DNA from: a bacterium
Lineage (GTDB): Bacteria; Zhuqueibacterota; Zhuqueibacteria; Oceanimicrobiales; Oceanimicrobiaceae
Assembly: GCA_046757165.1 (NCBI GenBank)
Contig: JBHHXT010000006.1
Coordinates: 780-64,779 of the forward strand
Reading direction: 5' to 3'
Length of the DNA: 64,000 nucleotides
Part shown: positions 17,431-25,360 of the stretch, one piece after another
Layout of the letters: each line of letters begins with the position of its first letter
How positions within the stretch are numbered: position 1 is the stretch's first letter
Program-made: the position numbers and the translations under genes
The notes under the pieces: generated by a model
Databases searched by the model: none
What the model was told of the DNA's origin: nothing
Seen by the model: only the letters and a program-made list of their open reading frames with translations

Positions 17431-20400
17431 CTAGATGATCCCCTCCAATTCCGCTTTTGCCGGTTCCTGTTCTTCACTCTCGAGCCGTTTCATCATATTG
17501 CCATAGCGATGGTCGATCTTGAAGCCGAATTTGTAAAAGTACTGAGGTCGCAGGTAGCCAACCGTGACGATTTCTACCCCCTGACTTGTCAATCGGTTGA
17601 AGAACTCGTTCAGCAGTCCATCGCTGATTTCTTTTCTGCGGTGATGCTCCTGCACCACGATTTTCTCCAGGTGCACATGCTTGGCATCCACATGATGGTA
17701 GAACATGCCCGCAACAACGCGCCCACGGGGATTGAGCACGACGAGATACTGATGCTCAGGTCGAAACTCCACCGGTAGATTTGCCAGCGTGAAAAGTTTG
17801 TGTAGTTTTGCGATTTCCTTCGGATTGGCTGGTTTGCGCACCGCCAGTTGATTGCCATCATTGTCCTCGATAAACACGACCAGGGAGGTCTTCTCCGCGC
17901 CCTCAGAAGTGAGGGACACGAACTCTGCTTCGTGTTTGACGCCAAGGTGGGGGTAGGAAAGCCGGGTGAGAAAAAACTGCTCCTCGTGCGAAAAGTGGTT
18001 GCGGCCACGTAACTCGGCCAAATGTTCCGGCAGTTCATAGGTTGCGACTTCCTTACGTCTAACCCTGCGTAAAATCTGATTCAAACCATCGATGAGCGTG
18101 GGATCGCTGTGGGAAAAAACCGTGTCGCGAAAGAACTGGATTCGGGCACCGGGGTATTTTTTTTCGATCTGGGCCAGGATGTAAGTCGTGTATAAGTCAC
18201 GCAAGGTCTGCATACGGGCTTGCCGTGTTGCAGCCGGATTCAAGACATACCAGCGTTTGAAGCGGGCGATGGCAAAGTGGAGCCGTTCTGGCTTGTAGCC
18301 TTTCTCTCGCACAGAAGTGATGAATTCACTCAAGTTTTTCACCAGCTCGTCCGTCTCGCCGGGTTCATCGTTTTGCTGGTCGCTCTCGATGGCTTGCTCG
18401 AAAAGCTGCACCCCTTCCTTCTCCCCCAGGATCTCGAGAAAAGCAGAAAAGATGACATGCCAGCTACATCGACCTTTTAGATGGGTGTACGTCGACTCGG
18501 CCGAAAGAATGAAGTGTCTTCGAAACGCCAGGATCATTTCAAAGAGAGTTGCAAAGGGTTTGCGCGACGAAATCGAAACGATACGGAAGCCGACCAGGAA
18601 ATCATGCGACGGCACGATGACGTTTGCCGGCGTCGGATCAGCGATTTCCAACGTTCGGCCCGTTCGATTCCAGAAATCGATGTAGGCGCTCAGGCCGTTC
18701 CAGACAAACGAGGGCCAGAGTTGTTGCATCCGCTCCTCGCCGTCTTTGGCGGCTTGCCGGTCCAGGCGTCGCAGATACCTGGCGACCGTCTCACCGGGGA
18801 TGAACTCTTCGGTCCACAATCCATATTCTGGCCAATAGCCTCCAAACTCCTCGACTAACGGAGTCCTGTCGTCGGTTGCCCCGGCGCAGATCAGCCAGTT
18901 GATCTCGGAGATGATTTCGTCGTCGGAGAGCGATTTGTTGAGATTGATGGCGACGTCAAATGCGCCGTAGCTGTGCGTTTGCACCGACACCCGGTAGACC
19001 GCTTTTCCGTGCAAGGCACCCAGGAAGCTGATGTAGATTCCCTGTTGCGGGATTTCATGCAGCGGAATAAGCCGGCCGCCGGAGAAGATGAAGATGGCCT
19101 CCCTGAGCAAGGGACCCTTCTGAATCGCCTCGGCCATGATTTCGCGGTCACTCGAGGGGATGGTTTCTTCGAAGAACAACACATCCTTCCAGCGAAACTC
19201 CTCACGGGTTTCAGGGTCGATGGCGATCTGTAAATTGTCGCCCAACCAGTTGCGGAACCCCTTTCGCAAGGTTTGCAGGCAGCGCTCGGCTTGGGTCTTG
19301 ATGGCGCCGTCGGGGGCAAAAATGCGCCACCTCACCAGCTCCGCCCGGATGGACTTATGCGCGACCGGATGCTGGACGCCGTAGGCTGTGATAAATCGCA
19401 ACATCGCTTTGATCGGAAATTTGGACGCCTTCTCCTGGCCGTTTTGCACGCTTTGCAAGCACGCTGCCAGGTAGTCCAGAAGAGTGTTGAGTTGATCTTT
19501 TGAGAAGTCGTGGCGGCTCAGTCTGGCGATTGTGTCCCGGTCGAGGATGGCATGTTTCGCCAGCAGAAACCGCTCCAGAATGGGCCTGAGCAAGTTTCTC
19601 TTTTCATTGAGCAAAAGCACCTGGAATGCTCGCCTTTTGATGGCTGTGTTGCTCGAGGCACAGGAGCGCATCAGGACCCCTTTGGCCAGGCGAAGTGTTT
19701 TTTCATTTTTGTCAGAGATGACCGCTTGCAGATAATCGATGGCCTTGAAGGCAGCCTTTTCCTGCCAGGTTTGCAGCACGAACGCGGCGACGTGAACACC
19801 CTGAACACTTTTGTATTTTGCTTTCATGATCTTGCCAAAGTCCTCCGCCACTCGTCTCTGCAGAGGTGCCGGCTTGCTTGCCAACTGCAGTTGAATCGTC
19901 GAACTGTGGGAAACGTTGCCCGTGGCGACGCGGAAGATTTTGTGCCCGACGAAGTGGCCTAGTTGCAGGTTTCCCAGCCACAACGTTGGATCCCGCACAA
20001 TCATGCCCAGGTCCAAATAATTCTCCTCCGTCTCATAGACGAAACTGCCGATTTGCATGCGACAGCATCCACTCCTTTTCAGTCTCCTGATATGCAATTT
20101 TGTCTTTGTGGGCGTCAGGACAATGGCGGAGCCTTGCACTTTCAGGTCATTCGAAGTCAGACCCTGTGCCCGCAGGAACCAGGACGGGATGCGAAAGTCA
20201 AAGCCGTCGACCGTGAGCGAAACATAATCCCGGGCGTACATCTCCTCGATGACAGGGGCAAAATTCTGCTCGATGGCTTTACGCTTGTACGTGCTTTTGA
20301 CGGTCAGCTCTCCCCGGTCGGCCTCGAAGTCCCGGTCGATGATAGTGAAATTGACGATTCTTTCGTAGGGCGCCAGGAACTGGTTGATGGAAACAATGAT

Positions 20401-22230
20401 AGAGCCGAAGAACTCCCGCAGCTTCTCATGGCTGAGCTGGCGAAGATTCACTTGTTCATAGTCATAGTTCGGAAAGAGCAGCAGCGTGTTGTACTCCCGG
20501 CGGTCGCCAACCAGGAACACACGCCTGACCGCTTCAAAATCGTTGAACAGGTTTTCGATTTTTTGTGGGGAGATGGTTTCCCCCTGTACGCTCTTGTAAA
20601 TCTCTTTCTTCCTATCGATGATCTCGAAAAATCCCTCGCCGTCCTGGCGGAAGATATCCCCGGTGTGCAGCCATCCGTCCTCCATCCCGGTGGTTTCATC
20701 GTCCAGGTAGCCCATCATGACATAGGGACCTCGAATGAGCATTTCACCATCCTGCGCCAGCTTGATATCGATGCCGGGCAGGGCTTTCCCCACGGAGTTG
20801 GTGCGGTAATCGAAAGGTGGGGTCATGGTGATGCCGCCGGTCGCTTCGGTCATGCCAAATCCGCTCATGATTTCGACCCCGCATTCCTGAAAGAATCGAA
20901 AGATGTCGGGGTCGAGGTAGCCGGCGGCGGACAGCCCCCATTTCAAGCACCCCCCGGTCATCTCTTGCACGACCGCGCGCACCCCGGCAAGCGGTGCATG
21001 TTCAACGTCGATCTTCTCACCGATCTTTTCACGCAATTGAATCCATTTCTTGGGAATGCTGATAAAGACAGTGGGCCGGGTCAATTGCATGTTCTCGACG
21101 ATGGTTTCGATCTTGGTGTTTTCGATGAAGCTGTAGGTGGCGCCCCAGAAGAGAGACCCGACCATCTCGAAGTATCTGCCGAACGTGTGAAACAGGGGCA
21201 GGTAGCAAAGAAAGCGGTCCTGGTCTCCGATTTGTGGCAGCGCGATGGCACGGGCGAAACGCTTGCTGATGATGTTGCGGTGCGAGAACATGATACCCTT
21301 CGGGGCCTCGGTGGTGCCTGAGGTGTACATGACGGTCGCAAGATCATCCAGTTTGACCCCGGCCATGGCCTCGATGACCGTGCTGTCTGGCAACGTGATG
21401 CCGCGCAACAAGAATTCACCAAATGAGATGATTTGGTCATCAGCGGGAATCTGAGTCGTGTCCATGGCGACCGTCAGGTGGACCTCCTTTGTTTGCCTCC
21501 AAATCTTCAGCAGCTCGGCCAGGCGGCGGTCTCGAGACACGAAGATGACTCGGACCCGCGAGTGATTGATGATAAATCTGATGGTTTGCGGCGTGGCATT
21601 GACCGGGATAGGCACATTGACGATGCCGCAGATCAGGCACGCCAGGTCGATGCATACCATGTCCAGGGTGTTATCCGACAGGATGGCCACGCGGCAGGGC
21701 CCGGAGGGCTGCGCAAGCTCGGCTGTGATGTCCAGAAGACTTTTGGCAATGGCGAAAACCCGGCTTTGCAGCTCCCGCCAGGAGTGGTTCATTGCCCTGC
21801 GCCCGGACAGGGTCTGGAAGATGGATTTTTCGCCGTATTCCTGCACCCGCTGCATCAACAGCGCGCCCGTGGTGAAATTGCTCGCATCCACGATGGCCAG
21901 CAGCAACCGGAACCAGTCCTCTGACAGATTGTTCTCCTGAACTTTTTGCAGGACACAGCTCCGGCGTGCCGCGTTCAGGAAATTGTGGAGTATCCTTACG
22001 AGATGGGGCTGTTGGGCCGGGCCGCACGCTTTCAGACTCTTAAGCAGGCGTTCACCCAGTTGGCAAAGAAGCGGAATCTCGAGGTGCGCCATATTCGTCG
22101 AAGATATCGCGCCATCTGTTAGCAGGTCGAGCAGCTGCTGGACGCGGCCGTTTTTGTGCCGGCCGTTTCCGGAATGCAGGGCCTGGATGACCTCGTCAAC
22201 CTGTTGCAAGACCTCTTTGTCAGTGAGCAT
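17431..22230 (-). CDS. Giant multidomain protein of about 1599 aa. It has an N-terminal region of about 180 aa of unknown function, an AMP-dependent synthetase/ligase (acyl-CoA synthetase-like) domain, about 900 aa of uncharacterised sequence, and a C-terminal GNAT-like acyltransferase fold.
   Basis: An AAGGA ribosome-binding site lies 6 nt before the ATG at 22230 (MLTDKEVLQQ), whereas the table start at 22389 falls in an AT-rich region. The AMP-binding motifs are MYTSGTTEAPKGIMFSHRN and GYLDDETTGMEDGWLHTGDI...IIDRKKEIYK. The C-terminal 110 aa (HQYLVVLNPRGRVVAGMFYHH...EISDGLLNEFFNRLTSQGVEIVTVGY...FYKFGF) resemble a GNAT fold. The central region has no motif I can name, and the forward ORF 19963..21321 is an antisense shadow. 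Confidence 0.7.
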   Translation of the reverse strand: MLTDKEVLQQVDEVIQALHSGNGRHKNGRVQQLLDLLTDGAISSTNMAHLEIPLLCQLGERLLKSLKACGPAQQPHLVRILHNFLNAARRSCVLQKVQENNLSEDWFRLLLAIVDASNFTTGALLMQRVQEYGEKSIFQTLSGRRAMNHSWRELQSRVFAIAKSLLDITAELAQPSGPCRVAILSDNTLDMVCIDLACLICGIVNVPIPVNATPQTIRFIINHSRVRVIFVSRDRRLAELLKIWRQTKEVHLTVAMDTTQIPADDQIISFGEFLLRGITLPDSTVIEAMAGVKLDDLATVMYTSGTTEAPKGIMFSHRNIISKRFARAIALPQIGDQDRFLCYLPLFHTFGRYFEMVGSLFWGATYSFIENTKIETIVENMQLTRPTVFISIPKKWIQLREKIGEKIDVEHAPLAGVRAVVQEMTGGCLKWGLSAAGYLDPDIFRFFQECGVEIMSGFGMTEATGGITMTPPFDYRTNSVGKALPGIDIKLAQDGEMLIRGPYVMMGYLDDETTGMEDGWLHTGDIFRQDGEGFFEIIDRKKEIYKSVQGETISPQKIENLFNDFEAVRRVFLVGDRREYNTLLLFPNYDYEQVNLRQLSHEKLREFFGSIIVSINQFLAPYERIVNFTIIDRDFEADRGELTVKSTYKRKAIEQNFAPVIEEMYARDYVSLTVDGFDFRIPSWFLRAQGLTSNDLKVQGSAIVLTPTKTKLHIRRLKRSGCCRMQIGSFVYETEENYLDLGMIVRDPTLWLGNLQLGHFVGHKIFRVATGNVSHSSTIQLQLASKPAPLQRRVAEDFGKIMKAKYKSVQGVHVAAFVLQTWQEKAAFKAIDYLQAVISDKNEKTLRLAKGVLMRSCASSNTAIKRRAFQVLLLNEKRNLLRPILERFLLAKHAILDRDTIARLSRHDFSKDQLNTLLDYLAACLQSVQNGQEKASKFPIKAMLRFITAYGVQHPVAHKSIRAELVRWRIFAPDGAIKTQAERCLQTLRKGFRNWLGDNLQIAIDPETREEFRWKDVLFFEETIPSSDREIMAEAIQKGPLLREAIFIFSGGRLIPLHEIPQQGIYISFLGALHGKAVYRVSVQTHSYGAFDVAINLNKSLSDDEIISEINWLICAGATDDRTPLVEEFGGYWPEYGLWTEEFIPGETVARYLRRLDRQAAKDGEERMQQLWPSFVWNGLSAYIDFWNRTGRTLEIADPTPANVIVPSHDFLVGFRIVSISSRKPFATLFEMILAFRRHFILSAESTYTHLKGRCSWHVIFSAFLEILGEKEGVQLFEQAIESDQQNDEPGETDELVKNLSEFITSVREKGYKPERLHFAIARFKRWYVLNPAATRQARMQTLRDLYTTYILAQIEKKYPGARIQFFRDTVFSHSDPTLIDGLNQILRRVRRKEVATYELPEHLAELRGRNHFSHEEQFFLTRLSYPHLGVKHEAEFVSLTSEGAEKTSLVVFIEDNDGNQLAVRKPANPKEIAKLHKLFTLANLPVEFRPEHQYLVVLNPRGRVVAGMFYHHVDAKHVHLEKIVVQEHHRRKEISDGLLNEFFNRLTSQGVEIVTVGYLRPQYFYKFGFKIDHRYGNMMKRLESEEQEPAKAELEGII

Positions 22231-22459
22231 AACGTCCTTTTCAAAGATGACGTGACGGATAGAAATTAAACAGACCTGGCTATAAATACAAACAAAATTT
22301 TTTGTCATCTGACTCGGAAAGAACAGATGGAACGAAAAATGGTCAAACCCGATGCCGGGAACGCACATGTTTTTGCTTGCAATTCGCACAAATAAATCTT
22401 ATCATTTTGCTTTGAGTTCGATTTGCACTGGTTCGATGAAAGGAGCTAAATAGAGTGCC

Positions 22460-23395
22460 ATGCCAAATGCTGAAGTTAGAAATGTGATCATCATCGGTTC
22501 CGGGCCAGCCGGATACACGGCGGCAACTTACAACGCGCGCGCCATGTTGCAGCCGCTGGTTTTTGCGGGGCCAGAGCCCGGGGGACAGCTAACGTTAACT
22601 ACAGATGTCGAGAACTACCCGGGGTTTCCAACCGGTGTCATGGGACCGGACTTGATGAACGCCATGCGCGAGCAAGCCGAGCGTTTCGGCGCCGAGATTG
22701 TCTGGGATGCAGTGACACGGGTGGATTTCTCTAAACGGCCGTTTTCTGTGTTCGTGGGCGAGCAGGAGTACCTGGGCAGGACCGTAATCATCGCCTCGGG
22801 CGCCTCCGCCAGACTTCTGGGCCTTGAATCAGAGAAGAAGCTCATGGGCCACGGCGTCTCAACCTGCGCTGTTTGTGATGGCGCCTTTTATAAAGGCAAA
22901 GACGTCATCGTGGTCGGCGGCGGCGATACCGCTCTGGAAGACTCGACCTTCTTGACCCGGTTTGCGAAACGGGTCGAGGTCGTGCACCGCCGGGACCAAC
23001 TGCGCGCCTCGAAGATCATGCAGGAGCGCGCGTTCAAGAACGAGAAGTTGCATTTTGTCTGGGATACGGTCATCGACGAGATTCACGACGTGGAGAAGCG
23101 GAGCGTGACCGGAGTTACCTTGAGAAACGTCAAATCAGGAGAAACAATTCAGCGCGAGGTCGACGGCGTCTTCGTTGCCATCGGCCACAAGCCGAACACC
23201 GAAATTTTTCATGGCCAGATTGAGTTGGATGATGTCGGCTATATCGTGCCGAAGCAGCGCACGATGACCAGGGTCGATGGCGTATTTGCTGCCGGCGATG
23301 TCGTGGACCACTACTATCGGCAGGCGATTACCGCGGCCGGGATGGGATGCCAGGCGGCGATTGACGCAGAAAGATGGCTCGAGGCGCAGGAATGA
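22460..23395 (+). CDS. trxB: Thioredoxin-disulfide reductase.
   Basis: It contains GSGPAGYTAA for FAD binding, the CAVCDG redox-active disulfide motif, and a GGGDTA NADPH-binding motif. Confidence 0.9.
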   Translation: MPNAEVRNVIIIGSGPAGYTAATYNARAMLQPLVFAGPEPGGQLTLTTDVENYPGFPTGVMGPDLMNAMREQAERFGAEIVWDAVTRVDFSKRPFSVFVGEQEYLGRTVIIASGASARLLGLESEKKLMGHGVSTCAVCDGAFYKGKDVIVVGGGDTALEDSTFLTRFAKRVEVVHRRDQLRASKIMQERAFKNEKLHFVWDTVIDEIHDVEKRSVTGVTLRNVKSGETIQREVDGVFVAIGHKPNTEIFHGQIELDDVGYIVPKQRTMTRVDGVFAAGDVVDHYYRQAITAAGMGCQAAIDAERWLEAQE

Positions 23396-23661
23396 AATTC
23401 AGCCCACGCTGGCTCATCCAGGCGGCAGCCTTTATTGGCTGCATTTTCTTTTTTCTCGAAATCTGGCAGCGTTCCAAGCAGATGCTCGTCAGCGCCAGTA
23501 CGCGAGACGTATGGCTGCTCGTACTCCACGGCTCCCTTTTTCTCGGCTGTTTTTTTGTGATGGCCCTCACCAGCTATCTGAAGCAGCGGAAGAATGGCAC
23601 GCTCGAGAATCCGCTTCCGTTCTTTGAAAAGGTGCTGGCCAAAATGGGGCTGGCGCGATAA
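23392..23661 (+). CDS. Small membrane protein of unknown function (two predicted TM helices).
   Basis: Its ATG overlaps the trxB stop (ATGA). The helices are AAAFIGCIFFFLEIW and VWLLVLHGSLFLGCFFVMALT, and I detect no homology. Confidence 0.4.
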   Translation: MKFSPRWLIQAAAFIGCIFFFLEIWQRSKQMLVSASTRDVWLLVLHGSLFLGCFFVMALTSYLKQRKNGTLENPLPFFEKVLAKMGLAR

Positions 23662-23684
23662 CCCGGAAGCCCTCGACTTGCCTG

Positions 23685-24554
23685 ATGAGATTCGGTGCCC
23701 ATGTTTCGATTGCAGGTGGGGTGTTCAATGCCCCACAAAACGGCGTGCAAGCCGGCTGTGATGTCGTTCAGATTTTCACCAAGAACCAGCGTCAATGGCG
23801 CACAAAAGAGCTCACCAGCGCCGACGTCGAAAAATTCAAGGCCGAGGAAGAGCGTACGGGCGTAAAAGTGGTGTGTGTGCACGCCTCGTACTTGATCAAT
23901 CTTGGTGGGGATGACCCGCACAAGCTCGATCAATCACGTCAGAATTTCACGATAGAAATCGAAAGGGCAGAGGCGCTCGGGATTCCCTATCTAATCGTTC
24001 ATCCCGGTTCTCATGTCGGGCAGGGCGAGCAGCAAGGCATCCTCACCATCGTTGAAAGCCTCAATGAGGTGCTGGACAAATCTGCGGATTTGCGGTTGAA
24101 GGTTCTCCTGGAAGCCACGGCCGGTCAGGGCTCCAACCTGGGCCACACCTTTGAACAGTTGGCTGCGATCAAGAACAAGATCGAAGCGACTGGGAGGGTG
24201 GGATTCTGTCTCGATACGTGCCACATATTTGCCGCAGGATATGAGCTGCGCGACAAGGAGGGGTACCGCCAAACCATGGACCAGCTCGATCAACTGCTCG
24301 GTGCAGAACACATCGGTATCATTCATGCAAATGACTCCAGGTTTGACCTCGGGAGCAAGCGGGACCGTCATGCGCACATCGGTGAGGGTGAGCTTGGCCT
24401 TGCTGCATTTGCGAACTTGATAAACGACCCCCATTTCAAAGAGGTGCCGTTTATCATCGAGACCCCCGGCGGGCCGGAGAAAGACAACGAAAATCTGGCG
24501 AAACTGCGCAGCCTGGTCGACCAGGGAACCGGCCGGAATCAGGGAGGCGCATGA
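23685..24554 (+). CDS. nfo: Endonuclease IV (AP endonuclease Nfo).
   Basis: It opens with MRFGAHVSIAGG and carries conserved His/Asp/Glu metal-ligand blocks (HASYLINL, HPGSH, LETTAG-like LEATAGQG, HANDS). Confidence 0.85.
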   Translation: MRFGAHVSIAGGVFNAPQNGVQAGCDVVQIFTKNQRQWRTKELTSADVEKFKAEEERTGVKVVCVHASYLINLGGDDPHKLDQSRQNFTIEIERAEALGIPYLIVHPGSHVGQGEQQGILTIVESLNEVLDKSADLRLKVLLEATAGQGSNLGHTFEQLAAIKNKIEATGRVGFCLDTCHIFAAGYELRDKEGYRQTMDQLDQLLGAEHIGIIHANDSRFDLGSKRDRHAHIGEGELGLAAFANLINDPHFKEVPFIIETPGGPEKDNENLAKLRSLVDQGTGRNQGGA

Positions 24555-24588
24555 GGAAATCCATGCGATTCTACCGTGTCATCATCCT

Positions 24589-24642
24589 AAGCCGGACAAG
24601 CCGGAAAGTCTTGCCAAAGAATGACAGAACTTGACTTGTCAG
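24589..24642. repeat. Conserved roughly 55-bp sequence found next to both toxin-antitoxin loci in the window (second, interrupted copy at 55324-55341 plus 55474-55503).
   Basis: The block aagccggacaagccggaa (24589-24606) matches 55324-55341 at 18 of 18 positions. The block gccaaagaatgacagaacttgacttgtcag (24613-24642) matches 55474-55503 at 27 of 30 positions. Confidence 0.7.
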
Positions 24643-24772
24643 GGCCTGATTTGCGATCAACAAAAAAACGCGAAATCGTCTGGATGCAACGCGGGCGGAA
24701 CGGCAGCTATCATGGCGACAAACAGCTCATGCAGCATTTGGGATGTGAGTTTGACCTGGCATTCGAGGGAGA

Positions 24773-25120
24773 ATGAACGTTTTGACAACAAACGAACGCG
24801 CTGAGGTTCCGAGAGAAGCCATCTTGGACGTCGTGGAACAAAAAAAAACCAGGTTCAATCCGCAGAAAATCATCCTCTTTGGATCCTATGCACGCGGTAC
24901 GCAAGGCCCCGGCAGTGATGTAGACCTTCTTGTCGTTATGCCCTTGGAGAAAAAACCGCTCCGCCAGGCCATCGAGATTCTGCAGAACATAGATTATCAT
25001 TTCGGCCTGGATCTGATTGTCAGGAGTCCGGAGGCGTCAATGAGGCGAGTAAAGCTGGGCGATTTTTTTCTGCAGGAAGCGGTTGAGCAGGGGGTTCTTC
25101 TTTATGAATCCGATCATTGA
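24773..25120 (+). CDS. MntA-type minimal nucleotidyltransferase (type VII TA antitoxin-like), apparently orphan.
   Basis: 115 aa with the Pol-beta superfamily motif GSYARGTQGPGSDVDLLVV. The expected HepT/HEPN partner is absent: only a 48-aa ORF (25104..25250, ATG overlapping the stop as ATGA) follows, and it has no HEPN motif. Confidence 0.6.
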   Translation: MNVLTTNERAEVPREAILDVVEQKKTRFNPQKIILFGSYARGTQGPGSDVDLLVVMPLEKKPLRQAIEILQNIDYHFGLDLIVRSPEASMRRVKLGDFFLQEAVEQGVLLYESDH

Positions 25121-25360
25121 AGAATGGCTCCGGAAACCGCAAAGACGCAATGAACGTAAAGGTCAAAATATGATAGCCTGCATTATTCATGAATTGTTTG
25201 TTCGTAGTGCCGCCGTCAGGCGGCCAAAGGCTTTAAAAACAGCACGCTGACGCGTGCACTACAAACTTCAAAAGGCAGCTTTGTTCAAAACTTCTATTCG
25301 GGTATGCGGCTTTGCCGCGCTAGGACTTACTCAGGCTGATGATTTCGACCTAAAGGGAAT

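Noticed and set aside
19963-21321. 452-aa forward ORF inside the 17431..22230 giant gene.
   Set aside because: It is antisense to the AMP-binding-domain coding frame, with no motifs and no ribosome-binding site.
24589-24642. Interpretation of the TA-flanking conserved sequence as an integron attC site.
   Set aside because: No integrase gene, no cassette array and no attI-like site are present. The two copies are 30 kb apart within core metabolic operons.
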